Part shown: one piece after another, positions 19,422 to 29,451 of the stretch
Layout of the letters: each line of letters begins with the position of its first letter
How positions within the stretch are numbered: position 1 is the first letter of the stretch
Source: Anaerolineae bacterium
GTDB taxonomy: Bacteria; Chloroflexota; Anaerolineae; Aggregatilineales; UBA3940
DNA: 64,000 nt
Reading direction: 5' to 3'
NCBI GenBank assembly: GCA_034435375.1
Contig: DAOTXR010000052.1
Span: 228,093 to 292,092 of the forward strand
The notes under the pieces: generated by a model
Database searches by the model: none
Told to the model about the DNA's origin: nothing
Seen by the model: the letters and a program-made list of their open reading frames with translations, nothing else
Position numbers and translations under genes: made by a program

Positions 19422-20195
19422 TCACCTATCCATGCGAGTCGTGTCACTCTCGCACTCCTGTGACCTGTCGTGCTCAGCCGGAGATGGTTTGCTACTCTCA
19501 GCCTGCTCTCTTGACATGCCCAGCTTTTCCCACCGGACTGGAACTTCGATTGTGCGGGGGCTTCTGTTTCGCCGCCAATATAGCCAGTATAGCAACCCAC
19601 CTGCGAGGGCCAAGAAGAGTATCGCCAGAGCCAGGGCGGTAGGTAGCCACCTCATTTCAATCAGGTAGATCATCAATGGGATGAGCGCTGCTGCCCAACC
19701 GAACAATGCCAAGTAACGCCACCCTCGACCTCTGTCCCATAGTGAGAAAATGTATGCGATTCCTCCCAATGCGCCGAACAGGATGGTCAACGCCAACGCT
19801 GTATCCAGTATTCCCTCTGAGGTGAAGAAAATGGTCAAGGGGGACAACCCACCAACGAACAACAGATAAGCCAGAACCAACCCCCAATTCACTCTGGATA
19901 GCAGGCCCTTCCACTGCCTGGAAGGCCGCCGAGCTTCCCCTGGACCGAGCACTCTCACTGAGACCAGCGGCACAGCCAGATCGCGTAGCCGCGACAGCAG
20001 GCCGTACAGTGCAGCCTGGTCTGGCAGCGGGCCGCGCAGCACGGTCTCGCCATCGTCAACTGCCACTGTGATACCATCGAACCACTCAGCCCAATACGTG
20101 GCATCCAACCGTCCCTTGACCTTGACCTCGTATATGACTGTCTGCTGTACAGCCAATTCACTATGCCTTGTCACCTGCCTACGTTCCTCAGCCAT
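19422..20195 (-). CDS. Membrane protein: small soluble N-terminal domain + 4 predicted TM segments
   Basis: Start at MAEERRQ (ATG 20195) behind TAGGAGGAATGCA. The N-terminal roughly 85 aa (YEVKVKGRLDATYWAEWFDG..LRGPLPDQAALYGLLSRLRDLAVPLVSV) resemble a small domain I recall as stand-alone hypothetical proteins. Hydrophobic segments follow. Function unknown. Confidence 0.6.
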   Translation of the reverse strand: MAEERRQVTRHSELAVQQTVIYEVKVKGRLDATYWAEWFDGITVAVDDGETVLRGPLPDQAALYGLLSRLRDLAVPLVSVRVLGPGEARRPSRQWKGLLSRVNWGLVLAYLLFVGGLSPLTIFFTSEGILDTALALTILFGALGGIAYIFSLWDRGRGWRYLALFGWAAALIPLMIYLIEMRWLPTALALAILFLALAGGLLYWLYWRRNRSPRTIEVPVRWEKLGMSREQAESSKPSPAEHDRSQECESDTTRMDR

Positions 20196-20566
20196 TGCAT
20201 TCCTCCTAGATGTTCGCCAGTTTGCCGGAGCCAATTCCAATGGCATTGTTGCCTCCCGATTCTGCTCCTGGGTTACGTTTAAAGCATCTCGAAAAGAGGG
20301 GTGTAGTGTGATGCACCTAAGTGCACATCCGGGGGTACATTGTGGGTGTGTGAGGGAGGTGGCGGGCCAGGAATAATCTAGTGCTTCAGCAAAAATGCGA
20401 TCCTATGACGAATTGGGCAGGGGTTTTCGTGTCAAGTGGCAGGTGCGGTTGCTTGTGATGGTAGCAAGCGAGATAGCCGCCGGTTCGGCAGCGTCAGATG
20501 CTTATTCAGGACGCTGTAGGCTGTGCCCAGGCTCGATTGCCCCGCTGGTTGGCCGCCTCCAGTGTG

Positions 20567-22993
20567 CTACCTAGCCACTGGAGATGCCTCTCTCTCAAGG
20601 GACATGCCAGAAGTCTGTGACCTCCTGGTGATCAGCCATAAGGTCCATAACGCTCGATTGAGCGCAGGCCAACTGCCCAGCAACGTCTGCGCCGATTCAG
20701 GCGTAGGTGGGCGTGGGCTGTAGCAGCTGTTGACATAGGCCAACACCAGATCTCCCACCGCATGCCAGGCAAACTCCGTGCGCGCCGCCCAACCATCCAT
20801 CCAGCGGGGCGCATTCTTGCTGCGTGCAGACATTTCTGCACGCAGCACCGCCAGGAACTCATAGGGCGTCTGCGTATCAGAAAGTGGCACACCTAGGCGA
20901 TCCCCCCATACTCGCAGATCTCTGTAGAGCGAGGCTACAATCTGCTGCGGACTGCTGCGCCGCCGTCGATATGCCCGGAGTGCCGCCGTCAGCCCAGCGG
21001 CGACTACAGCGATAGCCAGCACTGCCGGGATAGCCACCAGCGGCCACAACTTGCCCAGGCCGATTTCGGCTGCAGTTTTCTCTGGCTCTCCGAACGCTTC
21101 AAGCTCTTCCGGACGGGGCGGCACCGTCCAGGCAACGCCGGTCAGCCCATGGTCAATTTCTGACAGGGCTGCTGTCGGTTCGAAAGGAATCCAACCAAAC
21201 TCAGGGAAGTAAATCTCGACCCACGAATGGGCATTGGCCTGAGTAACCCGGTACTCCTGAGTTGCTGGAATATACTCCCCGGTGGCGTACCCGGCAGTCA
21301 GGCGTGCTGGCAGACCAACACTGCGTGCCATGACGACCATCGCCGAGGCATAGTAATCGCAGTAGCCTTTCCTGAGGTCAAACAGGAAGTAGTCCACTAC
21401 ATCCCGACCTTGTGGCGGATCGTCTAGATCGAGGGTGTACTCATAGCCACGCAGGTAATTCTGCAGGGCTAACGCTTTGTCGTAATTGGTGAGGGCGTTC
21501 CCGGCAATTTCGCGTGCCAGCGCGATCACCCGCTCAGGCAGTTCCGGCGGCAGCTTAAGGTATCCCTCGGCAAGCCACGTTGGATATTTCTCCGATGCCC
21601 CACGCAGGTCATCGGGACTCGCTGCCGGGACCCACGACAGCACTTGGTATGCAGATTGGGCGGTGATGCTCTCCACACTGACCAGATCCAACCCCCCTCG
21701 ATCAAACCAGAAGCCTGATGCAGACTGGTTCAGCCGCACCGGGCGGCCAGCTGCGTAGATCTGATGGGTAGAGGAGACCATGCGGAAGCTTTGTTGCAGC
21801 AGAGCGAAGTGTTCTGGGGGATCGGGTGAAGCTGGCCACAATGCAGCAGCCAACTCGATCCCGGAGGTGTTACGAATCCAACCCGAACCGGTGTACTCAT
21901 CGTAACTGGTGGCCCGCCAGTAGAAATGGGCAGGCGGTGCGCCCGGTGTGCGAACAAACATCACGGGCAGCTCGCGTGACTCTGGCCCTGCACGTAACAG
22001 GTGCTGACGCGGCCACACACCCAGCCAAGCCTGCTCTTGAGATCGCGCGCCAGAGGAAGACGCACCTGCGCTGTCCGACGCCTCGCGGCGTGAGGTCAGC
22101 CTATCGTGAATATATCGCCTGAACTCTGGATCGGTCACCCCGATGGCTAAAAGCATGCCCAACCCGATCAACACCGCGCAGGTCACACCCCAGAACCACC
22201 AATCGATAGTCACTCCGTCGGGGAAACTCTGTTTCCAACGACCTTCCAGGCAGCGCAGCCTGGCTTCGCAGACCAGGAAAAACCCCAGGCTGGCGGCGGC
22301 GACTAAAAACAGCCAGCCTGTAGACGTGTAGTACACGTTGGCAGCAAGCAGAGCAAGCACAGATGCCGACCCTTCCCAAGGCGCTCGCCGACGAGCCAGC
22401 GACCACACGGCCCAGGCTAGTGCGACCCAGACCGTCAAGCCAAGGACAGAGCCAAGCAGAACCTGGCCTCGCTGCCATCGATGCACAACCAGCTGGAGAG
22501 GCCAATCTGTGCGCAAGTTCCAGCCGTAGAGGTACAGACGCTCCCCGGCAGCCTTCCACTCAGGCAAGGCAGGCAATGGCAAATGCGGAACTTCCTCACT
22601 AACGAGGTTGAGAGACTCAGCTACCCTGCGGGTGGACTCTGCCTGCATCCAGCGGGCGGTTGCCTCCAATTCACGTACTGCTGCGTCAATGGGCGGCAGC
22701 GCCCGACTCTGGAATTGAGAGATGAAGGCCACCCCGACAACGATAGCGCCCAGAGCAGCCATACCAGGCCGCCGCACAATTCTGGCCAACAACAGCCCCC
22801 AGGCGATCCCGCCCGCAAACGCCCACCACAGCACCGCGCTCGACTGCAGCCACTGGGCTTCATCGAGGGCCAGCGGCAAGAGTGCCAGCAACAGCACAAT
22901 CAGCGCCACGACGATCCAGTCACGGAGGCTCCGGGTACGGATAGAGGGGAGAGTGGTCTCCCACCAGTTCCAGAACCACGCTCTGGCACTCAT
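20567..22993 (-). CDS. Transglutaminase-domain membrane protein (TgpA-like)
   Basis: N-terminal multi-TM region. Transglutaminase core: KGYCDYYASAMVVMARSVGLPARL..HSWVEIYFPEFGWIPFEPT. Another TM and a C-terminal domain follow. Start at MSARAWFW (ATG 22993), overlapping the upstream stop as TGATG. Confidence 0.85.
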   Translation of the reverse strand: MSARAWFWNWWETTLPSIRTRSLRDWIVVALIVLLLALLPLALDEAQWLQSSAVLWWAFAGGIAWGLLLARIVRRPGMAALGAIVVGVAFISQFQSRALPPIDAAVRELEATARWMQAESTRRVAESLNLVSEEVPHLPLPALPEWKAAGERLYLYGWNLRTDWPLQLVVHRWQRGQVLLGSVLGLTVWVALAWAVWSLARRRAPWEGSASVLALLAANVYYTSTGWLFLVAAASLGFFLVCEARLRCLEGRWKQSFPDGVTIDWWFWGVTCAVLIGLGMLLAIGVTDPEFRRYIHDRLTSRREASDSAGASSSGARSQEQAWLGVWPRQHLLRAGPESRELPVMFVRTPGAPPAHFYWRATSYDEYTGSGWIRNTSGIELAAALWPASPDPPEHFALLQQSFRMVSSTHQIYAAGRPVRLNQSASGFWFDRGGLDLVSVESITAQSAYQVLSWVPAASPDDLRGASEKYPTWLAEGYLKLPPELPERVIALAREIAGNALTNYDKALALQNYLRGYEYTLDLDDPPQGRDVVDYFLFDLRKGYCDYYASAMVVMARSVGLPARLTAGYATGEYIPATQEYRVTQANAHSWVEIYFPEFGWIPFEPTAALSEIDHGLTGVAWTVPPRPEELEAFGEPEKTAAEIGLGKLWPLVAIPAVLAIAVVAAGLTAALRAYRRRRSSPQQIVASLYRDLRVWGDRLGVPLSDTQTPYEFLAVLRAEMSARSKNAPRWMDGWAARTEFAWHAVGDLVLAYVNSCYSPRPPTPESAQTLLGSWPALNRALWTLWLITRRSQTSGMSLEREASPVAR

Positions 22994-24375
22994 CACTTCA
23001 CCTCGGCAGGGCGAGCGCGGACAACGACCCGACCCCAGGGTGTCACGATGTCCTCCCAGTCTCCACCGCCGGGGGCAGCGGGCCTGGCATGGAGACGCTC
23101 CTGCCACTGAACCAGGTACACCGGCACATCGAGACTGGCCAGTTGCGTGCGGATCCCTGTCAGCGCTGGCCCTGCTGGTGGCTGTCCCTTCACAAAGGAG
23201 GCGGCGTCGAGCAGCACAACTGCTTTTGATGCAGCTCTCAGGCCCGGACGTGTCAGCTCAACTGGCCAGTCCGGCTGTATGGATGGTGTGATCACCACTA
23301 ACGAGTCGCCTTGGACAACGTATGGCCTCACTTCCTGAAGCAGAATCGGCAGGGGAGCATGGGTCTGGACTTCGACCGTGGCCAGGCACCGGAGGATGTT
23401 CCATAGGTGCTCGGTCCCTTCCGTGGGTGGAATGATGATCCGCTGCGGCCCGTGGGTGTAAAGGGCTACACCTTTGCCTTGCCGCAGCAGGTGCCAGGCC
23501 CAGCTCGCTGCCCACACCACGCTGTATTCCAGCGTAGACTCATCGCCCTTGCCGACATGCACGGAGGCATCCAGGTCCACCACTATCCAGATGTCGCCTC
23601 CCATCTCACGGTCAAACTCTTTGACTAAGTACATCCTGTGGCGGACGGAGAGAGGCCAGTGGATGCGGCGAACGGGATCGCCTGGCTGGTAGTTGCGCAC
23701 CCCGCCGATGACCGCCGTCTCCATCAGGCTGCGCTGCCGAGAGGCAGCCATGCCCTGCCCACCACCCGACGGCGCAGACACAGCCAGATCGCGCAACACG
23801 GGCGGAAAGACGAGTACTTCGCGTGTGTGGGGATAGTGGCTCTCGATGAGAAAGAAGCCTGCCGGATCGCTGAAACGGATCGTCGTGGGACCCAACCGGA
23901 ACAGGCCACGCCTATGGCTGATGCCATGTTGTCGCCAGTGGTATTGGCTCTCCGATGAAACAGCGCGTACGGTGGAGGCGTTGTAGCCGGGCAGATCCGA
24001 TCCGTCTTCAACCTCGGCAGCTAGGATTGGCAGTGAGGAGTTGTTGATCAGGGTGAAACGCTCTTCCAGCCGGTCACCGACCTGCACCCAGGCATGTAGC
24101 AGGCGGCGATCCATGCGGATGCCGACTGCGCTCCAGACCGCCCAACCGAAGCTCAAGCCGACAGCAAGCGCCAGCCCTATAAAGGCAACGAGCCATACCC
24201 GTGAGGGTAAGATCACCATCAACACAGCCAGCGCAGCCAACAGCCCGAATGGCCACCGCTCGGCCACCCGCACCACTGTGGTGTAACCTTGCCCCTGGTG
24301 GCAATACAAGACGACCTGATTCCTTACCCAACGATCCAGGCGTTTGGTCAACCAGTGCACCATAGCCACCTGCAC
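22993..24375 (-). CDS. DUF58 family protein (vWA-like)
   Basis: VRNYQPGDPVRRIHWPLSVRHRMYLVKEFDREMGGDIWIVVDLD is the DUF58 signature. Two N-terminal TM segments. Confidence 0.85.
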   Translation of the reverse strand: MQVAMVHWLTKRLDRWVRNQVVLYCHQGQGYTTVVRVAERWPFGLLAALAVLMVILPSRVWLVAFIGLALAVGLSFGWAVWSAVGIRMDRRLLHAWVQVGDRLEERFTLINNSSLPILAAEVEDGSDLPGYNASTVRAVSSESQYHWRQHGISHRRGLFRLGPTTIRFSDPAGFFLIESHYPHTREVLVFPPVLRDLAVSAPSGGGQGMAASRQRSLMETAVIGGVRNYQPGDPVRRIHWPLSVRHRMYLVKEFDREMGGDIWIVVDLDASVHVGKGDESTLEYSVVWAASWAWHLLRQGKGVALYTHGPQRIIIPPTEGTEHLWNILRCLATVEVQTHAPLPILLQEVRPYVVQGDSLVVITPSIQPDWPVELTRPGLRAASKAVVLLDAASFVKGQPPAGPALTGIRTQLASLDVPVYLVQWQERLHARPAAPGGGDWEDIVTPWGRVVVRARPAEVK

Positions 24376-24458
24376 AGGTTATAGCAAGGGTATTACGAAC
24401 TTCAGATAGGAGCAGCCTTGCCCCCGTGGAATACGCTAGGACATTTTCGGCATGACGT

Positions 24459-25562
24459 CTAAACAATGTATGGAGAGAAACCGCTGAGAGTCAGCGTTTT
24501 GAGGTGAGGTAACAGTCTCTGTGCGTATTCGCTTTTAGCTTCCTCGGAAAGGTCTGGTTTGACCAAGTCGATAATCTCCAGCGCCAGGCGCAGCCGAGCA
24601 CGCTCCAGCCGAGTGCTCAGCGGGTCAGCCTCGACTGTTGTCTCTCTACGCCGCCCGAACAGAAAGCTTCTGGACCGCCTTGCCTCCATTTCAGTGGTAG
24701 CCTTGGTTCCTCTATCCCACACTGCGGCCAGATCGCTAGCATAGGCCTTTTCCCACGGCGTAACCTTAAGTTTGATCAAATTGACAGCTTGCGCTGCGCC
24801 CGTGAGCGTGATCGTGACCGGCGAGCGGCTGATAGACGTGATAAGCACTTCAGCCTCGGTGTCTCCCAGGATCTCGTTGATCACTTGCTGGATTCCCGAA
24901 ATCGCCGAGAGATAAGGCCCTACTTCGGACAGGAGATACTCAGGCGTGAGCAATTGATCGGATCCCTGTTCGCCTTCGCTCGGCTTGCGAGACTTGAGGA
25001 CAAGCACCTGTGTGGCGGCTGAGCCAGGCTGGGGGGCCTGGAAATATACTCGTAGCCTGAGCTGACCCAACCGAAGTCGGTCGCCTGGAGTCAACTCGTA
25101 GGCTCGATAGGGTGTCAGACGATTGCCGTTCAGCCAGGTCCCATTTGTGCTGCCCAGATCCTGAATCGAAAACGTCTCTTCAACCATGGAGATCATGGCA
25201 TGGCGACGCGAGACGCCCTTTTCGGTAGCGTCGAAATCTGTGAGATCGATGGTGGGGGGAGAGTCTCCTGGGGCATGCCTGCCCAGAGTCATTTGCCGAG
25301 ACCCTTTATAAATCATTGGTTCTTCCTGATTCTCGACCAAGATGCCCAACGCTCCGTGCGGTACCTTGGCAAGCCTGAGCGTATCAGGGCCAGCAGTTTC
25401 CTCCTCCAGACTGTAGACCGGCTGGGTAGTGATATACTGTGGACTTCCTGATCGGACCAAAGCTCCAGAATCAATGCTGCCGGGCTGTTTATCCTCTTGT
25501 TGTGACAGGCCGGCATCAGCTGCTTCCGGCCCAGCCTCAGGTTGGTCGTTCATCTCTGCCAT
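24459..25562 (-). CDS. FHA-domain protein with uncharacterised C-terminal half
   Basis: MTLGRHAPGD...GVSRRHAMISMVEETFSIQDLGSTNGTWLNGNRL..GDRLRLG is an FHA domain. A disordered N-terminus and a roughly 170-aa C-terminal region I cannot assign. Confidence 0.85.
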   Translation of the reverse strand: MAEMNDQPEAGPEAADAGLSQQEDKQPGSIDSGALVRSGSPQYITTQPVYSLEEETAGPDTLRLAKVPHGALGILVENQEEPMIYKGSRQMTLGRHAPGDSPPTIDLTDFDATEKGVSRRHAMISMVEETFSIQDLGSTNGTWLNGNRLTPYRAYELTPGDRLRLGQLRLRVYFQAPQPGSAATQVLVLKSRKPSEGEQGSDQLLTPEYLLSEVGPYLSAISGIQQVINEILGDTEAEVLITSISRSPVTITLTGAAQAVNLIKLKVTPWEKAYASDLAAVWDRGTKATTEMEARRSRSFLFGRRRETTVEADPLSTRLERARLRLALEIIDLVKPDLSEEAKSEYAQRLLPHLKTLTLSGFSPYIV

Positions 25563-26128
25563 GTGATCCTCTCACCAACCATACAGCGCCCACCCGCTGC
25601 CAAGCAATGTCCCTGTTTTAATTCAGGGCAAAGCATAAAAGAGTGAAGTGTTTCGCGAAGAGTAAGCTGAACACCCTGTCCACAAAGCTCAAGGTTCCCC
25701 GCATTGTATATCGACAACACTCCAAAAACAACCTATTGCATTCATTCAAGTGAAATGTCGCCGGCGAAAATGCCCGAAGACGACGCTGTACAATGAATTG
25801 AAAGGGCGCCACGGACTGCCAGACGAGATGGAGCAGGTGTGACAGAGATGCACCGCAGGGCCAAGGTGCAATTGGAGAATGGGGAAATCATGCAGCGGCC
25901 ACATGCAACAATCAAAGCCGATCCCCAAACCTAGGAATGCCAGGATGAGCGCAACGTTTTTGTAAAAGGCGAAAATGCGGACCTGTGTTGAGATCCAACG
26001 GATTATCCTTAATTCGACGAACAATCCCAGGGCGCGGGAGGTTCGCAAGCTGTTAGCCGCAGCCCTTCGGCCTGGTGCTATAATGAATCCCAGCAGGAGT
26101 GTCGGCAGCCAAAGGACGGAGCGGGAAC

Positions 26129-26884
26129 ATGCGAAGAATGACAATGTCTGCGGCGGCGGTAGCCAGGCTTGGGCTGGTGATAGCTGGGGGATTACTGGCG
26201 GCCTGTTATCAGGTAACGGATACACCGGCAACCATGATGGAGGACGAATACACTGCTGAGCGCCTGGAACTGGTCGAGACAGGAATCGTTGCACGAGGAA
26301 TCCAGAACCCACTGGTGATCGACGCGATGAAGGCCGTGCCCCGCCACGAATTTGTGCTTCCGGAGTATCTGGATCAGGCTTATGCAAATCACCCATTGCC
26401 GATTGGCTTCGGACAGACGATCTCACAGCCGTATATCGTGGCGCTGATGACCGAGCTGATCGACCCTGACCCGGACGATGTGGTGTTGGAGGTCGGTACT
26501 GGGTCGGGTTACCAGGCGGCAGTGCTGGCTGTGATCGTGAAGCAGGTGTACTCAATCGAGATCGTGGGAGCGCTGGCTGAGCAGTCTGCCAACCGGCTTG
26601 AAGCGCTGGGATACGACAATGTCGAGGTGAAGCACGCCGATGGCTACTATGGCTGGGAAGAACATGCACCGTTCGATGCCATCGTTGTGACGGCGGCCCC
26701 CGATCACGTGCCCCCGCCACTCATGGCCCAGCTTGCCGATGGCGGAAAACTGGTGATTCCGGTGGGGCCGGTAGGAGGCTATCAGGAGCTGTGGCTCGTA
26801 GAGCGCAACGGTGACGAGTACACTACTCGTAGCCTAGGTGGAGTGATCTTTGTGCCATTCACGCGCGAGGTGCGCGATCAGTAA
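26129..26884 (+). CDS. pcm: Protein-L-isoaspartate O-methyltransferase with signal peptide/lipobox
   Basis: GQTISQPYIVALMTE, SAM motif EVGTGSGYQAAVLA, LVIPVG. Start taken at ATG 26129 (GGAG 7 nt upstream). N-terminus MRRMTMSAAAVARLGLVIAGGLLAAC. Confidence 0.85.
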   Translation: MRRMTMSAAAVARLGLVIAGGLLAACYQVTDTPATMMEDEYTAERLELVETGIVARGIQNPLVIDAMKAVPRHEFVLPEYLDQAYANHPLPIGFGQTISQPYIVALMTELIDPDPDDVVLEVGTGSGYQAAVLAVIVKQVYSIEIVGALAEQSANRLEALGYDNVEVKHADGYYGWEEHAPFDAIVVTAAPDHVPPPLMAQLADGGKLVIPVGPVGGYQELWLVERNGDEYTTRSLGGVIFVPFTREVRDQ

Positions 26885-26928
26885 CTGCCAACTCCCATTC
26901 ATCATGGATAGTCGCGGTGAATATCTCG

Positions 26929-29451
26929 CTAACGCTCATCGGGAGTCTCCTTCACGCTGGGCAAGCTGCGACTGTCTCTGTTGAGCGGAGCAATCGCAAG
27001 CAAAGCGACGGTATAGGCTGCCGCTCCCAGCCACAACACCACTGAGAAACCCCAACTGACAGCAGCCATCGTGGCTAGCACACCGCTGATCACCGAGGCG
27101 CTGCCATTGACCGCCCACACCCAGGGCGTCAGGCCTGGTGACAGCGACTCGACCAGAGTCGCGCCGCGTGCGAACGGGACTCCCATCACCACACCGAGCG
27201 GCGCAAGGCTCACCACAGCGACAGCGATCCGTGCTGTTAGCGACCACCCTAGCGCCAGCGCAAATACGCCGCGTAGCGCGAAAGGCATGGCAAGCGCCAG
27301 GGCAACGAGTGCCCCAAGAGCTATGGCAGGTCGCCAATGCAGAGCAGTGAGGCTGCCCAGCCCTGAGAACAACAGAATGGCAAACAGCACCGCCGCCATG
27401 GCCGTGATCGGGTGCCCCAGGAAGAGAATGAATTGCTGCGCCAGCGGCATCTCAATGAATAGGAAGCCGATTCCCAGCATGAAGAAATAGAGAAGGGCAA
27501 GAGACTTCGCTCTCGCTGGCTGTCTCTCCCGACGGGCATAGGTGCTGGAGGAGGAGAACCGCCGCACGACCATCAGTGGCCCGAAGATCGCCAGGGCGGC
27601 GAGCAGTGTCACCAGCGCAAGCAACGCGACAAGCACCAGGTAGCCACTACCGCCGAAGGGTTGCCAGGTCTGGCCTATCCCGGCGATCACCTGCGGAGTC
27701 TGTCGCCAGCGGAAGTAGTGAAAGAAAAAGGGCCGGTCATCCGTGGGGGGGCGGACGTCATAGTTGTAGCTGCGGATGAAACCTTCAGGGTCGGCCAGCA
27801 GCGCCTGAAACGCCAGGAAATCGGCAGGCTCCGGCAGACGGTTGTGTACGTTGACCTCGTCAGGCGAGATGGTGGGTAACCATACGAGGTCATAGCCACG
27901 CGACGCCACAAATTCTCGGACTGTTGCCTGATCCTGATTGGTAAGAGGCTCGTTGCCGACAACGAACGTGATCGTGCGCAGCGACCGGAACGAAGCAATC
28001 TGATCTGAGGGGCGGGCTACACCCCGCGCCCGGAGTGCCGCTTCAAGCACAGCCAGCGTGCGGATCGACTCGGTTGGCGGCGTTTGCAGCCAGCGAGTCA
28101 GCACCAGTAACCCTCCAGGGCTGAGATGGTCCAGATAGTCACCCATCGCCTCGACTGTGTAACGGTAGTCCTCACTCAGGCTGTACGCTCCGGATGTGAC
28201 AGGATGGAACGAGTCGCTCAGGGCAAGCAAGATGACATCGTAGAGCTGGTTGACTCGGCGCAGGTAGGTTCGCCCCTCCAGGGCAATAACCTGCATGCGG
28301 GGGTCAGCATATAGACCATGGGTGAAACTGGCATATGGCCCCCTTAGAAGGTCAATCACGAGTTGCCTGCGCTCGACGACAGTGACAGAAGGCACACCGC
28401 CAGCCAGGGCCATCAGGACGCTCCAGCCTCCACTTGGCTCCACGATGAGCATCTCATGTGCCTCAGAACGCAAGGCGTGGATTACGGCCTCTGGCACGTA
28501 GGCAGCCAGCTCGCGGGCAAGGTCATCGGTGGGGGCAAGCGCGGTGACAGGCGACAGATTGTCGCCGTCGAGAAAGAGGCCAGCCTGGAGGGGAGGCTGG
28601 GGGACGTGAGCGTTGAGGCTGAGGCCGGGGAATTGGTGAATTGAGGTGCTCTCAACGACGTCAACACGCACGCTGGCGTTCCATGCCGAAATGGTATGCT
28701 GGGCTCCCGGCGCGAGCAGCACCTGCGACAATCCTTTGTAAGGCGAAAGCCGGAGGGTAACCCACTCTGGACGCGAGATGGCTAGCACGGCCAGGGCTGC
28801 GACACCTACACTGAAGGTGGCCAGTTGGGCTGTCGTCATCAACCCAGCTTGGCAGCGGGCCAGCACAAACAAGCCGGCGGCGACCAATCCAAGTGCAGCG
28901 CTGGCCAACAGCGTGCCCTCACCACCCAGGACGGCGAGCAGCGGGAGAACGATGATGCAACCCAGCGCCGACCCAGCCAGGTTGACAGCGTAGACGCGGT
29001 GCAGGCTGCGCGCGTCGGCAGCCAACAGCCCTCCGATCACCAACCCACCAAACAGAAACGGCGTGGCAGCCCCACCGAAAGTGATCAGCAGGTAGAGCAC
29101 CTGGCGACGGTCCCAGGCAATGGCATACGAGTCGAAGGGGAGCAGGTTGAGGACAGCATAGCTGAGAACCACTGCCAGCGCAAAGCCCGCCGCCCAGCGC
29201 GCCGGTCGCTCACCCAGACGTGGCCACACACTGAGCAACGATCCCGCTGCACCTGAACCCAGCAGCGCCAGGCTGATAGCCATGAAGGCGAAGTGATAGA
29301 ATTGAGCAACGGCGAACAGGCGTATCAGCGTCAGCTCGAAGGCCAGCATGGCCGCCGAGAGCAGCCCGACGGCGATCAAGATGGCTGGAGAGCCAGCTGC
29401 ACTGGAATCGGGGCTTTTAGACTGGCGGGGAGCTTTCCAAGTCTGGCGCAC
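26929..29451 (-). CDS. Polytopic membrane protein with central spermidine-synthase-like (class I MTase fold) domain
   Basis: 840 aa. About 7 N-terminal and about 5 C-terminal TM segments flank ...MLIVEPSGGWSVLMALAGG..VTVVERR...YDVILLALSDSF..GGLLVLTRW. GTG start at 29451, uncertain. Confidence 0.75.
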   Translation of the reverse strand: MRQTWKAPRQSKSPDSSAAGSPAILIAVGLLSAAMLAFELTLIRLFAVAQFYHFAFMAISLALLGSGAAGSLLSVWPRLGERPARWAAGFALAVVLSYAVLNLLPFDSYAIAWDRRQVLYLLITFGGAATPFLFGGLVIGGLLAADARSLHRVYAVNLAGSALGCIIVLPLLAVLGGEGTLLASAALGLVAAGLFVLARCQAGLMTTAQLATFSVGVAALAVLAISRPEWVTLRLSPYKGLSQVLLAPGAQHTISAWNASVRVDVVESTSIHQFPGLSLNAHVPQPPLQAGLFLDGDNLSPVTALAPTDDLARELAAYVPEAVIHALRSEAHEMLIVEPSGGWSVLMALAGGVPSVTVVERRQLVIDLLRGPYASFTHGLYADPRMQVIALEGRTYLRRVNQLYDVILLALSDSFHPVTSGAYSLSEDYRYTVEAMGDYLDHLSPGGLLVLTRWLQTPPTESIRTLAVLEAALRARGVARPSDQIASFRSLRTITFVVGNEPLTNQDQATVREFVASRGYDLVWLPTISPDEVNVHNRLPEPADFLAFQALLADPEGFIRSYNYDVRPPTDDRPFFFHYFRWRQTPQVIAGIGQTWQPFGGSGYLVLVALLALVTLLAALAIFGPLMVVRRFSSSSTYARRERQPARAKSLALLYFFMLGIGFLFIEMPLAQQFILFLGHPITAMAAVLFAILLFSGLGSLTALHWRPAIALGALVALALAMPFALRGVFALALGWSLTARIAVAVVSLAPLGVVMGVPFARGATLVESLSPGLTPWVWAVNGSASVISGVLATMAAVSWGFSVVLWLGAAAYTVALLAIAPLNRDSRSLPSVKETPDER

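Noticed and set aside
22481-23291. Plus-strand ORFs of 209 and 189 aa
   Set aside because: They are antisense to the TgpA/DUF58 junction, with Pro/Arg/Gln-rich shadow-frame composition.
25746-26720. 324-aa minus-strand ORF
   Set aside because: It is antisense to the clearly recognisable pcm gene. Its Pro/Arg/Ser-rich composition is typical of shadow ORFs in GC-rich DNA. Its 3' part has a hydrophobic stretch (RIFAFYKNVALILAFLGLGIGF) but no usable start codon or SD in front of it.
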